Notes: generated by a model not told the origin, from the letters alone. DNA of 64,000 bases from Acutalibacteraceae bacterium (GCA_045577815.1 JAZNJB010000006.1:10332-74331); one strand, 5' to 3'; positions 34,506 through 44,435 are shown, numbered from the stretch's first letter. Made by a program: numbers and translations.

Positions 34506-37466
34506 TTAGTCAGCCTTCCAGCAAAAGTCTGCACCGGTTTTGTTAATTGAGTCGCCTCTTGAGGCTGAGGTTGCTTTAATTGTATAGGTGTATTCAACAC
34601 CCTGTTCAATTGTATCATCAACAAATCTTAAATCCTTACCGCTTTCAACCTGACCTAAGGCTTCCCATTCGCCATCGCCCACTTTTCTGAGCACCTTATA
34701 GCTTTCAGCATTTTCAACTGAATCCCAGACTATTATAGCAACTGTTTTTTCATCATCAACGCTCTTCTTTACAACGATTCCTGTTGCAGGCTCTAAGGGT
34801 GTGTAAATAACTACTTTTTTGCCCTTTTCATTATAAAGGCTATCTCTGTCAGAAGCAACGCCTTTAACAGTATAATAATATTTTATTCCTGTATCAACAT
34901 CTTTATCAACATAAGAATATGTTTCTTCTGTTATAGCAGATGCCTTTATTGTTTTAATCTTGCTCCATTCACCTTTTGCAGATGTTTTTCTGTAAATTTC
35001 ATATTTTTCAGCAAACTCAACAGGTGTGAATTTCACTTTGATATATGAGCCCTCGTCACTATATTTGGCAACAACATCAAACTCAACCGCCTCAACAGGT
35101 GGATAAGGACATTCTACTGTTATGCTTTTTTTGGTAGAAAGCTTGCCATCCTTAATTGCTTTGATTGTGTATTTATATTCCTTGCCAAGAGTGATATTCT
35201 CATCCTTATATTCAGTGATATCGGATGTTGAATCGTATGTTCCTATGCAAGTGCTTTCGCCATCCACAGTTTTGTAAAGCTTATAGCTTTCCACATCCTT
35301 ATCAAGAGTCCATTTCACAAGAACATAAGGCTTCTCTGTTTCGGCTGCAGGGGTGAATTCAGCAGTAAGCTTTGTTGCTTCAACAAAGTTTTTCATACCG
35401 GCTGTGTCATAATCACTCTTATAGCCCTTAGCTTCTGCAACAACAGTATAGCTGAAGGGTGTTGTTTTTGCTTCTTTTGAAGTATCAACAAAAGAGTTAA
35501 GTGAATATGAACCGATAACGCTCCAATCTTCACCTGCTGCTTTTCTGTAAACATAATAGGTATCTGCACCTTCAACAGCAGTCCAGCTAAGAGCAACGCC
35601 CTTATCAGTAATTTTAACACTTTCCATAACAGGTCTGTTCAACGCTACCATATAAACAGATGTATATTTGCTGATTGATGAGCCGTTAACCGCTTTTACT
35701 GCATAACGGTATTTAACACCATTCTTAACAGTAGCATCATAGAATGATGTTTTTGTTACATTTTCTGCAAGAGTAGTCCATTTTGATTTGCCTGCTGTCT
35801 GTCTTAAAATCTGATATCCCTCTGCACCATTTATTGCCTTCCACTTCAGGCTGATGCCAACTGCATTATCAGATGTTACCTTATTTGTAATCTTAACAGA
35901 GGGCTTTGCCAAGTACATATTTTTAATACCTGTTTTATTGTAGTAGCTTTTAGCGTCATCATCAAATGCTCTTACGGTATATTTGTAGGTATAACCTGAT
36001 TTTTTGGCAGTTTTATCAAGGTAAGATTTTCTGGTGCCACCCTTTACTGTTGCGATTTCTGTCCATTCCTTTGCAGAATTGATTTTTCTCAGAATTTTAT
36101 ATGAGGATGCACCATCAACAGTTGCCCAGGTAACCTTTGCATAATTGTTTTCATCAAAAATAACCCTGCTGAGCTTGGGCATTGAAAGGTAGCTTTCCTT
36201 TATACCCTTTGAGTTATATGCACCGCTATTTGTTGAAGCAACGCCTTTAACTGTATATGTGTAGGTTTTGCCTGAAACAGCCTTTGTATCGGTAAAATAT
36301 TTTTTTGTTGTTGCGCCGATTTTCTTCCAGCCGGAAGAGGTTTTTCTGTAAACATAATATTTTGTTACTACGTCACTTGAATCCTTCCAGGTGATTTTCA
36401 CACCATCCTTATAAGAAAATGCTTTATTCAGCTTGGGTGCTAAGATGTAGTTAAATTCAACGCCCTCAGTGTTATATGTGCTCTTATAGGAACCATTAAC
36501 TGCTCTTACGGTATAGCTATAACACCAATCATTTCTTTTTGCCTTTTTATCAACATAAGAAACAGTTTTTCCACCCTTGACGGTTGCAATCTTTTTCCAT
36601 TCATAGCTATTCAAGGTACCGCCTTTACGATAAATTTCATAACCCTTTGCACCGGGAACAGCTTTCCATGTAAACTTTGCATAGCCTGAAGAGGTTGCTC
36701 CGCTTACACCAACCAACTCGGGTGTATCAACATAAGTCAAAGAAAGACCTTTTTTGTTGTAACGGCTTTTGTAATCACCATCGTATGCTCTTACAGTGTA
36801 TTTATATGTTTTACCGCTTTTTGCAGATTTGTCTGTATAGGTATAATCGCCTTTGCCGAGAGATGTAAGATATTTCCAGCTTTTGTCACCGGGTCCTTTT
36901 CTGTAAACTCTATACTTTGTGGCAGTTGCTAAAGGAGTCCAGGTAAACTTAACACCGTCAGATGTGCTCTTTACAGAATTAAGCTCTACTGTTTTTTTGC
37001 TTAAACGGTCGATTTTGATTTTAAATTTCTGAACAGTATCTGTATCTATAACATTACCGTCATCTCTCGAGATATATGCATAGCACTTACCGTAATAGGT
37101 TCCGCTGGGAGTTGTTTTAAAGCTCCAGGAGATTTGCATAGGCCTGTTGCCCTTTGAACCAAACTCTTCTGACATACTTCTGATAAGCTTAGTGCAGGCC
37201 TTGTCAGAATAAATCTCAACCGCCCAATTCGCGTTGCTTTTACCCTCGCTTATTCGCATAAAATAGAGTGTCGCTTTATCCCCATAGAAGGAAAAGCTTG
37301 TCTTACGGGCTTCAAGCTTTGAGTCAGTGGGGACAATCTGACCGTACTTTTTTTCATAGGATGCTTCTTTATCTGCAGCAAAAGAAGCTACTGCCAAAGC
37401 ACCTATCACAAGTAAGGTAACAAGAAGTGTCACGAGCACCTTTGTTTTTGAACTTATTTTTTTCAT
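34506..37466 (-). CDS. secreted repeat protein: N-terminal domain of about 150 aa plus nine FN3-like modules
   Basis: Signal/anchor MKKISSKTKVLVTLLVTLLVIGALAVASFA. Nine modules of about 88-90 aa with consensus W..V.GA..Y.hYRK....W..I......Y.D......G..Y.Y.V.A. Start ATG 37466 (GGAGG upstream). Confidence 0.8.
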   Translation of the reverse strand: MKKISSKTKVLVTLLVTLLVIGALAVASFAADKEASYEKKYGQIVPTDSKLEARKTSFSFYGDKATLYFMRISEGKSNANWAVEIYSDKACTKLIRSMSEEFGSKGNRPMQISWSFKTTPSGTYYGKCYAYISRDDGNVIDTDTVQKFKIKIDRLSKKTVELNSVKSTSDGVKFTWTPLATATKYRVYRKGPGDKSWKYLTSLGKGDYTYTDKSAKSGKTYKYTVRAYDGDYKSRYNKKGLSLTYVDTPELVGVSGATSSGYAKFTWKAVPGAKGYEIYRKGGTLNSYEWKKIATVKGGKTVSYVDKKAKRNDWCYSYTVRAVNGSYKSTYNTEGVEFNYILAPKLNKAFSYKDGVKITWKDSSDVVTKYYVYRKTSSGWKKIGATTKKYFTDTKAVSGKTYTYTVKGVASTNSGAYNSKGIKESYLSMPKLSRVIFDENNYAKVTWATVDGASSYKILRKINSAKEWTEIATVKGGTRKSYLDKTAKKSGYTYKYTVRAFDDDAKSYYNKTGIKNMYLAKPSVKITNKVTSDNAVGISLKWKAINGAEGYQILRQTAGKSKWTTLAENVTKTSFYDATVKNGVKYRYAVKAVNGSSISKYTSVYMVALNRPVMESVKITDKGVALSWTAVEGADTYYVYRKAAGEDWSVIGSYSLNSFVDTSKEAKTTPFSYTVVAEAKGYKSDYDTAGMKNFVEATKLTAEFTPAAETEKPYVLVKWTLDKDVESYKLYKTVDGESTCIGTYDSTSDITEYKDENITLGKEYKYTIKAIKDGKLSTKKSITVECPYPPVEAVEFDVVAKYSDEGSYIKVKFTPVEFAEKYEIYRKTSAKGEWSKIKTIKASAITEETYSYVDKDVDTGIKYYYTVKGVASDRDSLYNEKGKKVVIYTPLEPATGIVVKKSVDDEKTVAIIVWDSVENAESYKVLRKVGDGEWEALGQVESGKDLRFVDDTIEQGVEYTYTIKATSASRGDSINKTGADFCWKAD

Positions 37467-37685
37467 GGAACAACCTCCAACGATTTTACTTCTATGTATT
37501 ATAATATATAAACTTGTTCTTTTCAATAACAATTTGTGAATAAATGTTACTTAAAAACCAACAATTGGGCTCTGTTTATCAATAATTAAATCTTTATTAA
37601 CATTATTAATCGCCCATTAACATCTTTTATCAACTGTAACCAAAAATAACGCTGGATTTTTGGCAGAACAAATCTTTTATTTTCA

Positions 37686-37714
37686 TTGATTTTTATGTGT
37701 AAAAATGTTATTAT
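37686..37714 (+). promoter_or_regulatory. putative sigma-A promoter of the TetR operon
   Basis: TTGATT, 17-nt spacer, TATTAT. Confidence 0.45.
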
Positions 37715-37748
37715 GTTTTATATAATTGGGTTAATTATGAGGTGTAAA

Positions 37749-38426
37749 ATGGCTACAAATGAAACCCGGAGCCAAAATATGCAGCTATGCAAAGCCACAT
37801 TTGATAAAATCCCTAAAGAAAAACGGGACAGAATTTTAAATGTTGCTATAAAAGAATTTGCCGATAACGGATTTGAAAATACATCCATTCAGCAAATAGC
37901 TAAAAAAGCAGGCATCAGTGTCGGCTCTATCTATAAGTATTTTGAGAACAAAGAAACTATGTTCTCCATGGTAGTTCATGAGGGTATGTCTTCTTTAGAA
38001 GAGCTTCTTATGAGTCTTGCAGATTCTTCGGAAGATATTCTTATAAAAGCAGAAACAATCATCAGAGCTTTACTGAAATATTCCAGAAAAAATCCGGAAC
38101 TGATAAAGCTTTACTGTCAACTGACTACAAGTGATAAATCCGAGTTTTTAAATGGTATTTCTCAACGAATCGAAGCAGTTTCCGCTTCAATTTACACCGT
38201 TACAATCAGCAAAGCTCAGGAAACAGGCGATGTCCGTGATGACATAAACCCTGCATTCTTTGCTTTTCTTCTTGACAATATTTTTATGATGTTGCAATTT
38301 GCAACGGCTTGCGACTACTATAAAGAGCGATTTTTTATTTACACAGGAAAGCAAGCAACAGAAAGCGACGAATTAATCGTCCAGCAAACTCTTAAGTTTT
38401 TGAAAGCGGCATTTAACTTTAAATAA
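37749..38426 (+). CDS. TetR/AcrR family transcriptional regulator
   Basis: HTH FENTSIQQIAKKAGISVGSIYKYFENKE. Start ATG 37749 (GAGGTG upstream). Confidence 0.9.
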   Translation: MATNETRSQNMQLCKATFDKIPKEKRDRILNVAIKEFADNGFENTSIQQIAKKAGISVGSIYKYFENKETMFSMVVHEGMSSLEELLMSLADSSEDILIKAETIIRALLKYSRKNPELIKLYCQLTTSDKSEFLNGISQRIEAVSASIYTVTISKAQETGDVRDDINPAFFAFLLDNIFMMLQFATACDYYKERFFIYTGKQATESDELIVQQTLKFLKAAFNFK

Positions 38427-38460
38427 TATTACTAAACAAAAAAGCTAAAAAGGTGATTTT

Positions 38461-39570
38461 ATGAAAAAAACAATTAGTATTTTACTTGCGGTTTGTCTTC
38501 TTTTCTCTGCTCTTTCCGTAAGCTCCTACGCATCCTATTCAGCTAACGAAATCAAATTGAATTTTGACTATAATGCTGATGGAAAGGTTGACCTTAACGA
38601 TGCGAGAACAGTTTTGCGAGTTTCAGCAAATCTTGAAGCACCTAAGGAAGGATTAATATATGACGTAACCGGAAATGGTGACGGCATAACTATGGAAGAT
38701 GTAAAAAAGATAGTTGGCATAGTTACAGGTATTGACACAGAGGTTAACGAATGTGCTGAATTTAACCTTGAGCTTTTTAAAGCTGAGCTTAACAGCGTTA
38801 AAACTACTAAACCCGGTTTTACTAAAACTGCAACAACACAATGCCATTCCATGAAGGTTACAACCCAGAATGCTCCCACAGATGAGCTCAATGTTACTAA
38901 TATGGAATTTGATGACTATGCAAATAAATCCTGCGATTATATGGATGGTATTCTTAATAGTTTTGCCGGTCTTACTATCCAAGCTACGAACCCTGAGTAC
39001 TATAAAGAAATGAAGGCTCAGATTTCTGAATTAAGAGCGGAAGCCGTTGAAATGTACGAGCCGAAAACAACCACCAAAACAATAAATAAATACAACAGTC
39101 ATATATATCAGTTCCCCATAAGCGCAAACATCAATTCCTGCTTGTTGAATATAGATGATATCAAATCAATCGAATGCTACGAAGAAGATGGCTACATCGT
39201 AAGAAAAGTTACAATGAATGATGATACCTATATCGGTGATGAATTCCCGACAGGTAACGAAGGCAACAGCGAAAGACTAAAGAAAGTTTCTTATGCTAAG
39301 GTGTTCAATATACCCAACTTTGATGAAACTGAAGGCACGAAAGAAACTTCAATATTAAATAAAGTTACATTCAAAAACGGCGTTATCATTTCAAAAGTTG
39401 ATAAGCTTTCCGGCATTCCCGTGAGTGTTGAATATTCATATTCTTATGTTGCAGATATTTCAACAATTCCTGTGGTTGATAAAGATGGTAAAGTAGGTCT
39501 TCAGATGGACTCCGTAACCCAAGCAACCAACACAGAAAGCTATGTTATCAACCCTGTAACAAAGAACTAA
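38461..39570 (+). CDS. secreted protein with N-terminal type-I dockerin and an uncharacterised domain of about 270 aa
   Basis: Signal peptide ending SSYA, then the duplicated Ca-binding segments DYNADGKVDLNDARTVLR and DVTGNGDGITMEDVKKIV. Confidence 0.75.
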   Translation: MKKTISILLAVCLLFSALSVSSYASYSANEIKLNFDYNADGKVDLNDARTVLRVSANLEAPKEGLIYDVTGNGDGITMEDVKKIVGIVTGIDTEVNECAEFNLELFKAELNSVKTTKPGFTKTATTQCHSMKVTTQNAPTDELNVTNMEFDDYANKSCDYMDGILNSFAGLTIQATNPEYYKEMKAQISELRAEAVEMYEPKTTTKTINKYNSHIYQFPISANINSCLLNIDDIKSIECYEEDGYIVRKVTMNDDTYIGDEFPTGNEGNSERLKKVSYAKVFNIPNFDETEGTKETSILNKVTFKNGVIISKVDKLSGIPVSVEYSYSYVADISTIPVVDKDGKVGLQMDSVTQATNTESYVINPVTKN

Positions 39571-39585
39571 GGAGAAAATAAGCAT

Positions 39586-40077
39586 ATGGAAAACATTAAG
39601 GTAACTATGGAAAACGGTGAAAGCTTTGTTATTGAGCTTTGTCCCGAGCAGGCACCTATCACCTGTGAAAACTTTTTAAAGCTTGTAAAAAGCGGTTTTT
39701 ATAACGGTCTTACCTTCCACCGCGTAATTGATGGCTTTATGGCACAGGGTGGTGACCCTGAGGGAACAGGCTGTGGTGGCAGCGATGAAAATATCAAAGG
39801 TGAATTCAGAATGAATGGTGTTAATAACACCCTTTCTCACACCCGCGGAGTTATTTCAATGGCTCGTTCACAAAACCCCAACTCTGCAAGCAGTCAGTTC
39901 TTTATCTGCTACGGCGACTGCACCTTCCTTGACGGTCAGTATGCCGCATTCGGCAAGGTAATTGAGGGTATGGAAACTGTTGATAATTTCCTTAAAATTG
40001 ACCGCAGAATGAGCTTTGGCGGAGAACGCTCCACACCTGTTGAACCCATTGTTATGAAAACTGTAGAAGTTTTATAA
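39586..40077 (+). CDS. ppiB: peptidyl-prolyl cis-trans isomerase, cyclophilin type
   Basis: FHRVIDGFMAQGGDP and SQFFI motifs. Confidence 0.92.
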   Translation: MENIKVTMENGESFVIELCPEQAPITCENFLKLVKSGFYNGLTFHRVIDGFMAQGGDPEGTGCGGSDENIKGEFRMNGVNNTLSHTRGVISMARSQNPNSASSQFFICYGDCTFLDGQYAAFGKVIEGMETVDNFLKIDRRMSFGGERSTPVEPIVMKTVEVL

Positions 40078-40104
40078 TAAACCAAAACAAAAGGAGATAA
40101 TGAA

Positions 40105-41664
40105 ATGAGTAAATTCAACAACCTTTTGCATAAGCTCTACGGCACTAATCCTGCTGATGCAAGCAGTCTTCAACCTAAGGAAGCTCTCGCTTACGGTATT
40201 GCCGGTTTTGGTCAGAACTTTATCTGCACAATTATCGGTTCATACCTTACAGTTTTCCTTACTGATGCACTTCTTTTTGGTGCAGAAGGCGTAACCATCG
40301 GTAATGTTGCCGGTTCAATGGCAGTTGCATGGCTTATGCTCGGTACACGTATTTTTGACGCATTCAACGACCCTATCATGGGTTCAATTGTTGACAAAAC
40401 CCGTACAAAATGGGGTAAATGTCGCCCCTACCTTAAATGGATGGCTATTCCAATTGCTATAATGACAATTGCTTGCTTCCTCCCTGTATTCCAGGAAAAA
40501 GCATCCTCAACATTCATTATCATCGCAATTATCTATGTTATCTGGTCTGTAACCTATACTATTGCAGACGTTCCCTACTGGGGTCTTTCAACCTGTATGA
40601 CAAACGATACAGTTGTTCGTGGTAATATGCTTACAATTACACGTCTTCTTTGCACACTTGGTGCAGGTATTGTTACTGTTTTTGTTCCCATTATTACAAA
40701 TGGCGTTACTGCAAAATTCAGATACCCCGACACAGAAGCAGGTATCGCTCAGATTATGGCAGACAAGGGTCTTGATGCAGAAACTGCAAAGAACTTTGTT
40801 AATACAGTTATCGTTGGTCAGGAAAGCGCAAACGCCGAAACTCTTAAATGGACATACTTTATTGCTGCAGTTGTTCTTGTTGTTGCAGCTGTTCCTATGT
40901 TCTTCTACGGCTTCAAGCACACTAAAGAGCGTTTCACAGCAAACGATAATCCCCCCAGCTTCGGTCATAACCTCAAGCTCCTCTTTAAGAACGACCAGCT
41001 TCTTCTTATCGTTCTTTCCGGTATTTTCGGTGGTGCAAGAATGGTTTATTCTTACACAGGCGGTCTTTATTTCGCAAAATATGTTCTTCAGAACGAAGGT
41101 ATGTACAGCCTTATAACACTCCTTGTTGTTCCCGGCGGTCTTGTAGCTTCCGTTCTCGTTCCCTGGATGAGTAAGAAATTCACAAAAAAATGGGCTTATG
41201 TTGCAGTTCACATCTTCGGTGGTGTTGTAATGGCAATTATGTATTTTGTTGGCTACGATGCTCCCTGGAAGCTGGTTATTGCAGCAATTGGTCTTGTTCT
41301 TCTCGGTATTCCTCAGGGTGTTAACAACATCATTACATACGCTATGATTGGTGACACAGTTGACTATCTTGAATGGAAAACAGGTGAACGCGGTGAAGGT
41401 ATCTGCTTCGCTATGCAGACCCTTATCAACAAAATCGGTATGGCTGTTGGTGCTTTCATTGGTGTTATCTCCTTTGCAGCAGCAGGCATCAACTCCGAAA
41501 CAGGCTACATTTCTCAAGCAGGTGCAGACAGACTCTGGAATATGCTCGTTCTTTCCGGTGTTATCAGTATGTTTGCTTGTGCAGTTCCTATGTTCTTCTA
41601 TAAGGTTACAGAAAAACGACAGGCAGAAATGGTTGCTGAAATTCAAGCAAGAAAGAATAAATAA
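40105..41664 (+). CDS. glycoside-pentoside-hexuronide (GPH):cation symporter family transporter
   Basis: 12-TM MFS-like ORF with the R(I/L)FDAFNDPIMG motif characteristic of MelB/YicJ-type symporters. Confidence 0.85.
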   Translation: MSKFNNLLHKLYGTNPADASSLQPKEALAYGIAGFGQNFICTIIGSYLTVFLTDALLFGAEGVTIGNVAGSMAVAWLMLGTRIFDAFNDPIMGSIVDKTRTKWGKCRPYLKWMAIPIAIMTIACFLPVFQEKASSTFIIIAIIYVIWSVTYTIADVPYWGLSTCMTNDTVVRGNMLTITRLLCTLGAGIVTVFVPIITNGVTAKFRYPDTEAGIAQIMADKGLDAETAKNFVNTVIVGQESANAETLKWTYFIAAVVLVVAAVPMFFYGFKHTKERFTANDNPPSFGHNLKLLFKNDQLLLIVLSGIFGGARMVYSYTGGLYFAKYVLQNEGMYSLITLLVVPGGLVASVLVPWMSKKFTKKWAYVAVHIFGGVVMAIMYFVGYDAPWKLVIAAIGLVLLGIPQGVNNIITYAMIGDTVDYLEWKTGERGEGICFAMQTLINKIGMAVGAFIGVISFAAAGINSETGYISQAGADRLWNMLVLSGVISMFACAVPMFFYKVTEKRQAEMVAEIQARKNK

Positions 41665-41676
41665 AATGAAACTTAT

Positions 41677-41712
41677 GAACCCATTGTTACAAAAAATTGT
41701 AACAATGGGTTC
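41677..41712. terminator. bidirectional terminator
   Basis: GAACCCATTGTTACA-AAAAAA-TTGTAACAATGGGTTC perfect stem between convergent genes. Confidence 0.8.
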
Positions 41713-41714
41713 AC

Positions 41715-42554
41715 TTATTTTAATCCCAAATAATTTATTGCATATTTATTTTGTGCTTCAGGGTATGCTTTTAAGCTTAAACTCTCAACCACAAATGATG
41801 CTTTTGATATTTTAAAGTATGGCAGAACATAAACAAATGGTATTATTGCTATGCAACTTAAAAACCAACCTAAAAACGAGCTTTCTAAAAAAACACTTTC
41901 CCGCAAAACACCATCTGTGAAAAAAACACTCTTTTTAATTGCTTTTTCAGGGGTAATATCCGCATTCAGGCAAACATAATATGGCGCGGCATTGTATCTT
42001 GAAAAAGCAATACGCCACATAAAAATACAGAATGACAAAAGAACAGAGCTACCGATTATTAAAATATAAAAAACTACCGGCAAAAGATTTCCTTTAGAAT
42101 ATAAATAATAAGCTATACCGTAACATACAATGCAGGGAAATAAAAAATATAGTAGCCACCCTATTTTTAATACAGTCAATTTAGTATACAAGCAAAGCGC
42201 CCTGAAGCTTCTTTTAAATGTAAAAAAGTGGAACAGCAACCCCAACCTACCTTTTCCTCCGGATGCTTTAATAAAATATAAAAATTGCTCGCCTAATTTT
42301 AAGGAAGAGATAAATAACAATATTGTTAAAGACACAAAAATTACATCAAATATAACTATGGAATAAACAAAAGCATCATTGTAATTTTCAAGATAAAAGT
42401 TTAAAACACCACTTTTGAACAAGGAAACAATGCAATAAATCAAAAGGGCAAATGCTCCTCGTCTGACTACAAAGCTAAACAGAGAAATAAAAAATAATCT
42501 TAAGGTATCGCCTTTTATAATTGATTTGCTTTTTATTTTCACATCTGAAATCAT
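41715..42554 (-). CDS. hypothetical polytopic membrane protein (possibly DUF975-like)
   Basis: AT-rich multi-TM ORF. Start moved to ATG 42554 because the longer frame runs through a terminator hairpin. Confidence 0.55.
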   Translation of the reverse strand: MISDVKIKSKSIIKGDTLRLFFISLFSFVVRRGAFALLIYCIVSLFKSGVLNFYLENYNDAFVYSIVIFDVIFVSLTILLFISSLKLGEQFLYFIKASGGKGRLGLLFHFFTFKRSFRALCLYTKLTVLKIGWLLYFLFPCIVCYGIAYYLYSKGNLLPVVFYILIIGSSVLLSFCIFMWRIAFSRYNAAPYYVCLNADITPEKAIKKSVFFTDGVLRESVFLESSFLGWFLSCIAIIPFVYVLPYFKISKASFVVESLSLKAYPEAQNKYAINYLGLK

Positions 42555-42572
42555 AAAATCACCAAATAAAAA

Positions 42573-42602
42573 ATATCTGTGCATCAGTAGATGCACAGAT
42601 AT
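42573..42602 (-). terminator. rho-independent terminator after the HAD-PHP gene
   Basis: ATATCTGTGCAT-CAGTAG-ATGCACAGATAT stem flanked by A/T runs. Confidence 0.75.
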
Positions 42603-42622
42603 ATTTTTGGCGTTTTTTCTTA

Positions 42623-44110
42623 TTATAAACAGCTTCGATTAATAATTCCTTTCATATTTTCCAAAATATAGTAGGGAATAATTAAATCACCTTTTCCTTC
42701 GCCTATGGAAATATGAGGCTTCATTGAGCCATGAAAATCTGAACCACCTGAAAGCGATAATGACAATCTTTCTGCCAAGGCTCTGTATTCTGCAATCTGC
42801 TCAGGTGTATATTCAGGATAATACCCCTCTATACCATTGAGCCCCGCACCCTTCAGCTGAATCAAAAGCTTTTCAAGTTGCGCTATATTATAACCTGTCT
42901 GATTAAGATGCGCAAGGTAAGCAAGCCCGCCTGCAGCTCGTATTGCTTTTACCGCCTCCACTGCAGAAAGCTCATTTTTCTCTGCATACGCAGGTTTACC
43001 AAGACCTATATATTTGTCAAAACACTCTTTAATGGTTTCGCAATAGCCCTTTTCCACCATAAGCTTTGCTATATGGGCTCTACCCACAAAATTACCTCCG
43101 GCAAGAGACAGAGCTTCATCGTGGGTAATAGCAAATCCCAAACCACGAAGCTTACTGCAAATCTCTTCCATTCGCCTTTTTCGACTGCCTTTCAGCTTTT
43201 TAATAGTCTTTAACAGAATTTCGTTTTCAGGGTCAATAAAAAGGCCTATAATATGGGTTTCAGTGTTTTCTGCCGCAGAGAACTCAATACCCGGGATAAA
43301 CTCCATTCCGATTTCTTCCGCACTCTTCTGAGCTTCTTTAATACCATCAACACTATCATGGTCCGTAAGAGCAAATGCAGAAAGACCGCTCTTTTTCGCG
43401 TGTTCAACAAGCTCTGTGGGAGTTAATGTGCCATCCGAACAGGTTGAATGAGTATGAAAATCAACAGTTCTTTCGTCAAAAATTACCGCCCTTACCTCTT
43501 GGAGATTTTCCACTGTAAAAGCATTATGTTCTTCAAGAAGCTTTCTGCCCTGATGACCGTATGCAACAAGTATGCAGTCAATCCCCAAAGCATTGGCAGT
43601 TTCAAGATCGTGAAGAGTATCACCTATAAATACAGCTTCGTTTCTACTTATTCCTTTTAAGTCAAAAAAAGCTTTCGCTCTTTCTATTTTGCTTTCTGCA
43701 AGAGTATTATCTGCACCTAAAATCTCGTCAAACAGATGATGTATGCCGAATTTTTTTGTTAAATCAATAGTTTCATCAATAAAATTCGAGGTAATTATGT
43801 ATTGATGAGCACCGTTTTCTTTTAAATTTTCGAGTATTTCCTTTACACCATCTGCAAGTGTTGTTTCAGTTAAATGACGGGCATAATCAGAATGATATTC
43901 TTTTGAAATTTCGCTGAAATCCACATCCTCAGGCGGTAATATGCGATAATAGAAATTTATGATAGGTGTCTCAACATAATCATAATATTCTGTAAGGTTA
44001 ATGGGCTTCATACCCTTTCTTTCAAGCATATCATTAACACAAGCTAAAGCATTGTGAACATCATCAATAATTGTACCATTAAAATCCCAGAAAATATGCT
44101 TATATCTCAT
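42623..44110 (-). CDS. fusion protein: N-terminal HAD-superfamily phosphatase plus C-terminal PHP (TrpH/YciV-like) phosphoesterase
   Basis: HAD motif I IFWDFNGTIID, motif III/IV GDTLHDLETA, then PHP motifs VDFHTHSTCSDG and ALTDHDSVDG. Confidence 0.8.
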   Translation of the reverse strand: MRYKHIFWDFNGTIIDDVHNALACVNDMLERKGMKPINLTEYYDYVETPIINFYYRILPPEDVDFSEISKEYHSDYARHLTETTLADGVKEILENLKENGAHQYIITSNFIDETIDLTKKFGIHHLFDEILGADNTLAESKIERAKAFFDLKGISRNEAVFIGDTLHDLETANALGIDCILVAYGHQGRKLLEEHNAFTVENLQEVRAVIFDERTVDFHTHSTCSDGTLTPTELVEHAKKSGLSAFALTDHDSVDGIKEAQKSAEEIGMEFIPGIEFSAAENTETHIIGLFIDPENEILLKTIKKLKGSRKRRMEEICSKLRGLGFAITHDEALSLAGGNFVGRAHIAKLMVEKGYCETIKECFDKYIGLGKPAYAEKNELSAVEAVKAIRAAGGLAYLAHLNQTGYNIAQLEKLLIQLKGAGLNGIEGYYPEYTPEQIAEYRALAERLSLSLSGGSDFHGSMKPHISIGEGKGDLIIPYYILENMKGIINRSCL

Positions 44111-44165
44111 TTTTTCACCGCCTTAATACTGAAACATTCTACCACACAACAAAGAAAAAGGCAAC

Positions 44166-44435
44166 TCATAAAAGAGTTGCTGAGGAAATACCAATAATTA
44201 CACCCAAAACAAAAACAGCAGTTAATTTCATAATATTTTTGATTTTATCATTTTTATATCTATATGCTCTTATGGATGGTCTGCCTGCGTTTTCTATTTC
44301 TTTTCTTGCACTTTCTTTTAATCTGCCCTCGCCCATTCCACTATATTCAGGCTTAACAAAAAATATAGCTTTTTCAAAAAATCCGTTCTGGGTTTCATTA
44401 ATTTCAAGAACCTGCTTATTAACACCTTTTATCAT
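44166..44435 (-). CDS. hypothetical small protein with C-terminal TM anchor (89 aa)
   Basis: AAGGAGAA SD upstream of the ATG. No family recognised. Confidence 0.55.
   Translation of the reverse strand: MIKGVNKQVLEINETQNGFFEKAIFFVKPEYSGMGEGRLKESARKEIENAGRPSIRAYRYKNDKIKNIMKLTAVFVLGVIIGISSATLL

Noticed and set aside
37686-37748. Long N-terminal extensions given by the track for several genes (37686, 27869, 51667, 52551, 58990, 42596, 25186, 6526, 37532)
   Set aside because: In each case an internal ATG with a well-spaced SD gives an N-terminus matching the family or a signal peptide. The extension runs through promoter or terminator sequence.
40588-41646. 352-aa minus-strand ORF antisense to the GPH symporter
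   Set aside because: Cys/Asn/Thr-rich composition typical of the reverse frame of a hydrophobic membrane-protein gene. No SD and no recognisable motifs, whereas the plus-strand gene has clear transporter motifs.
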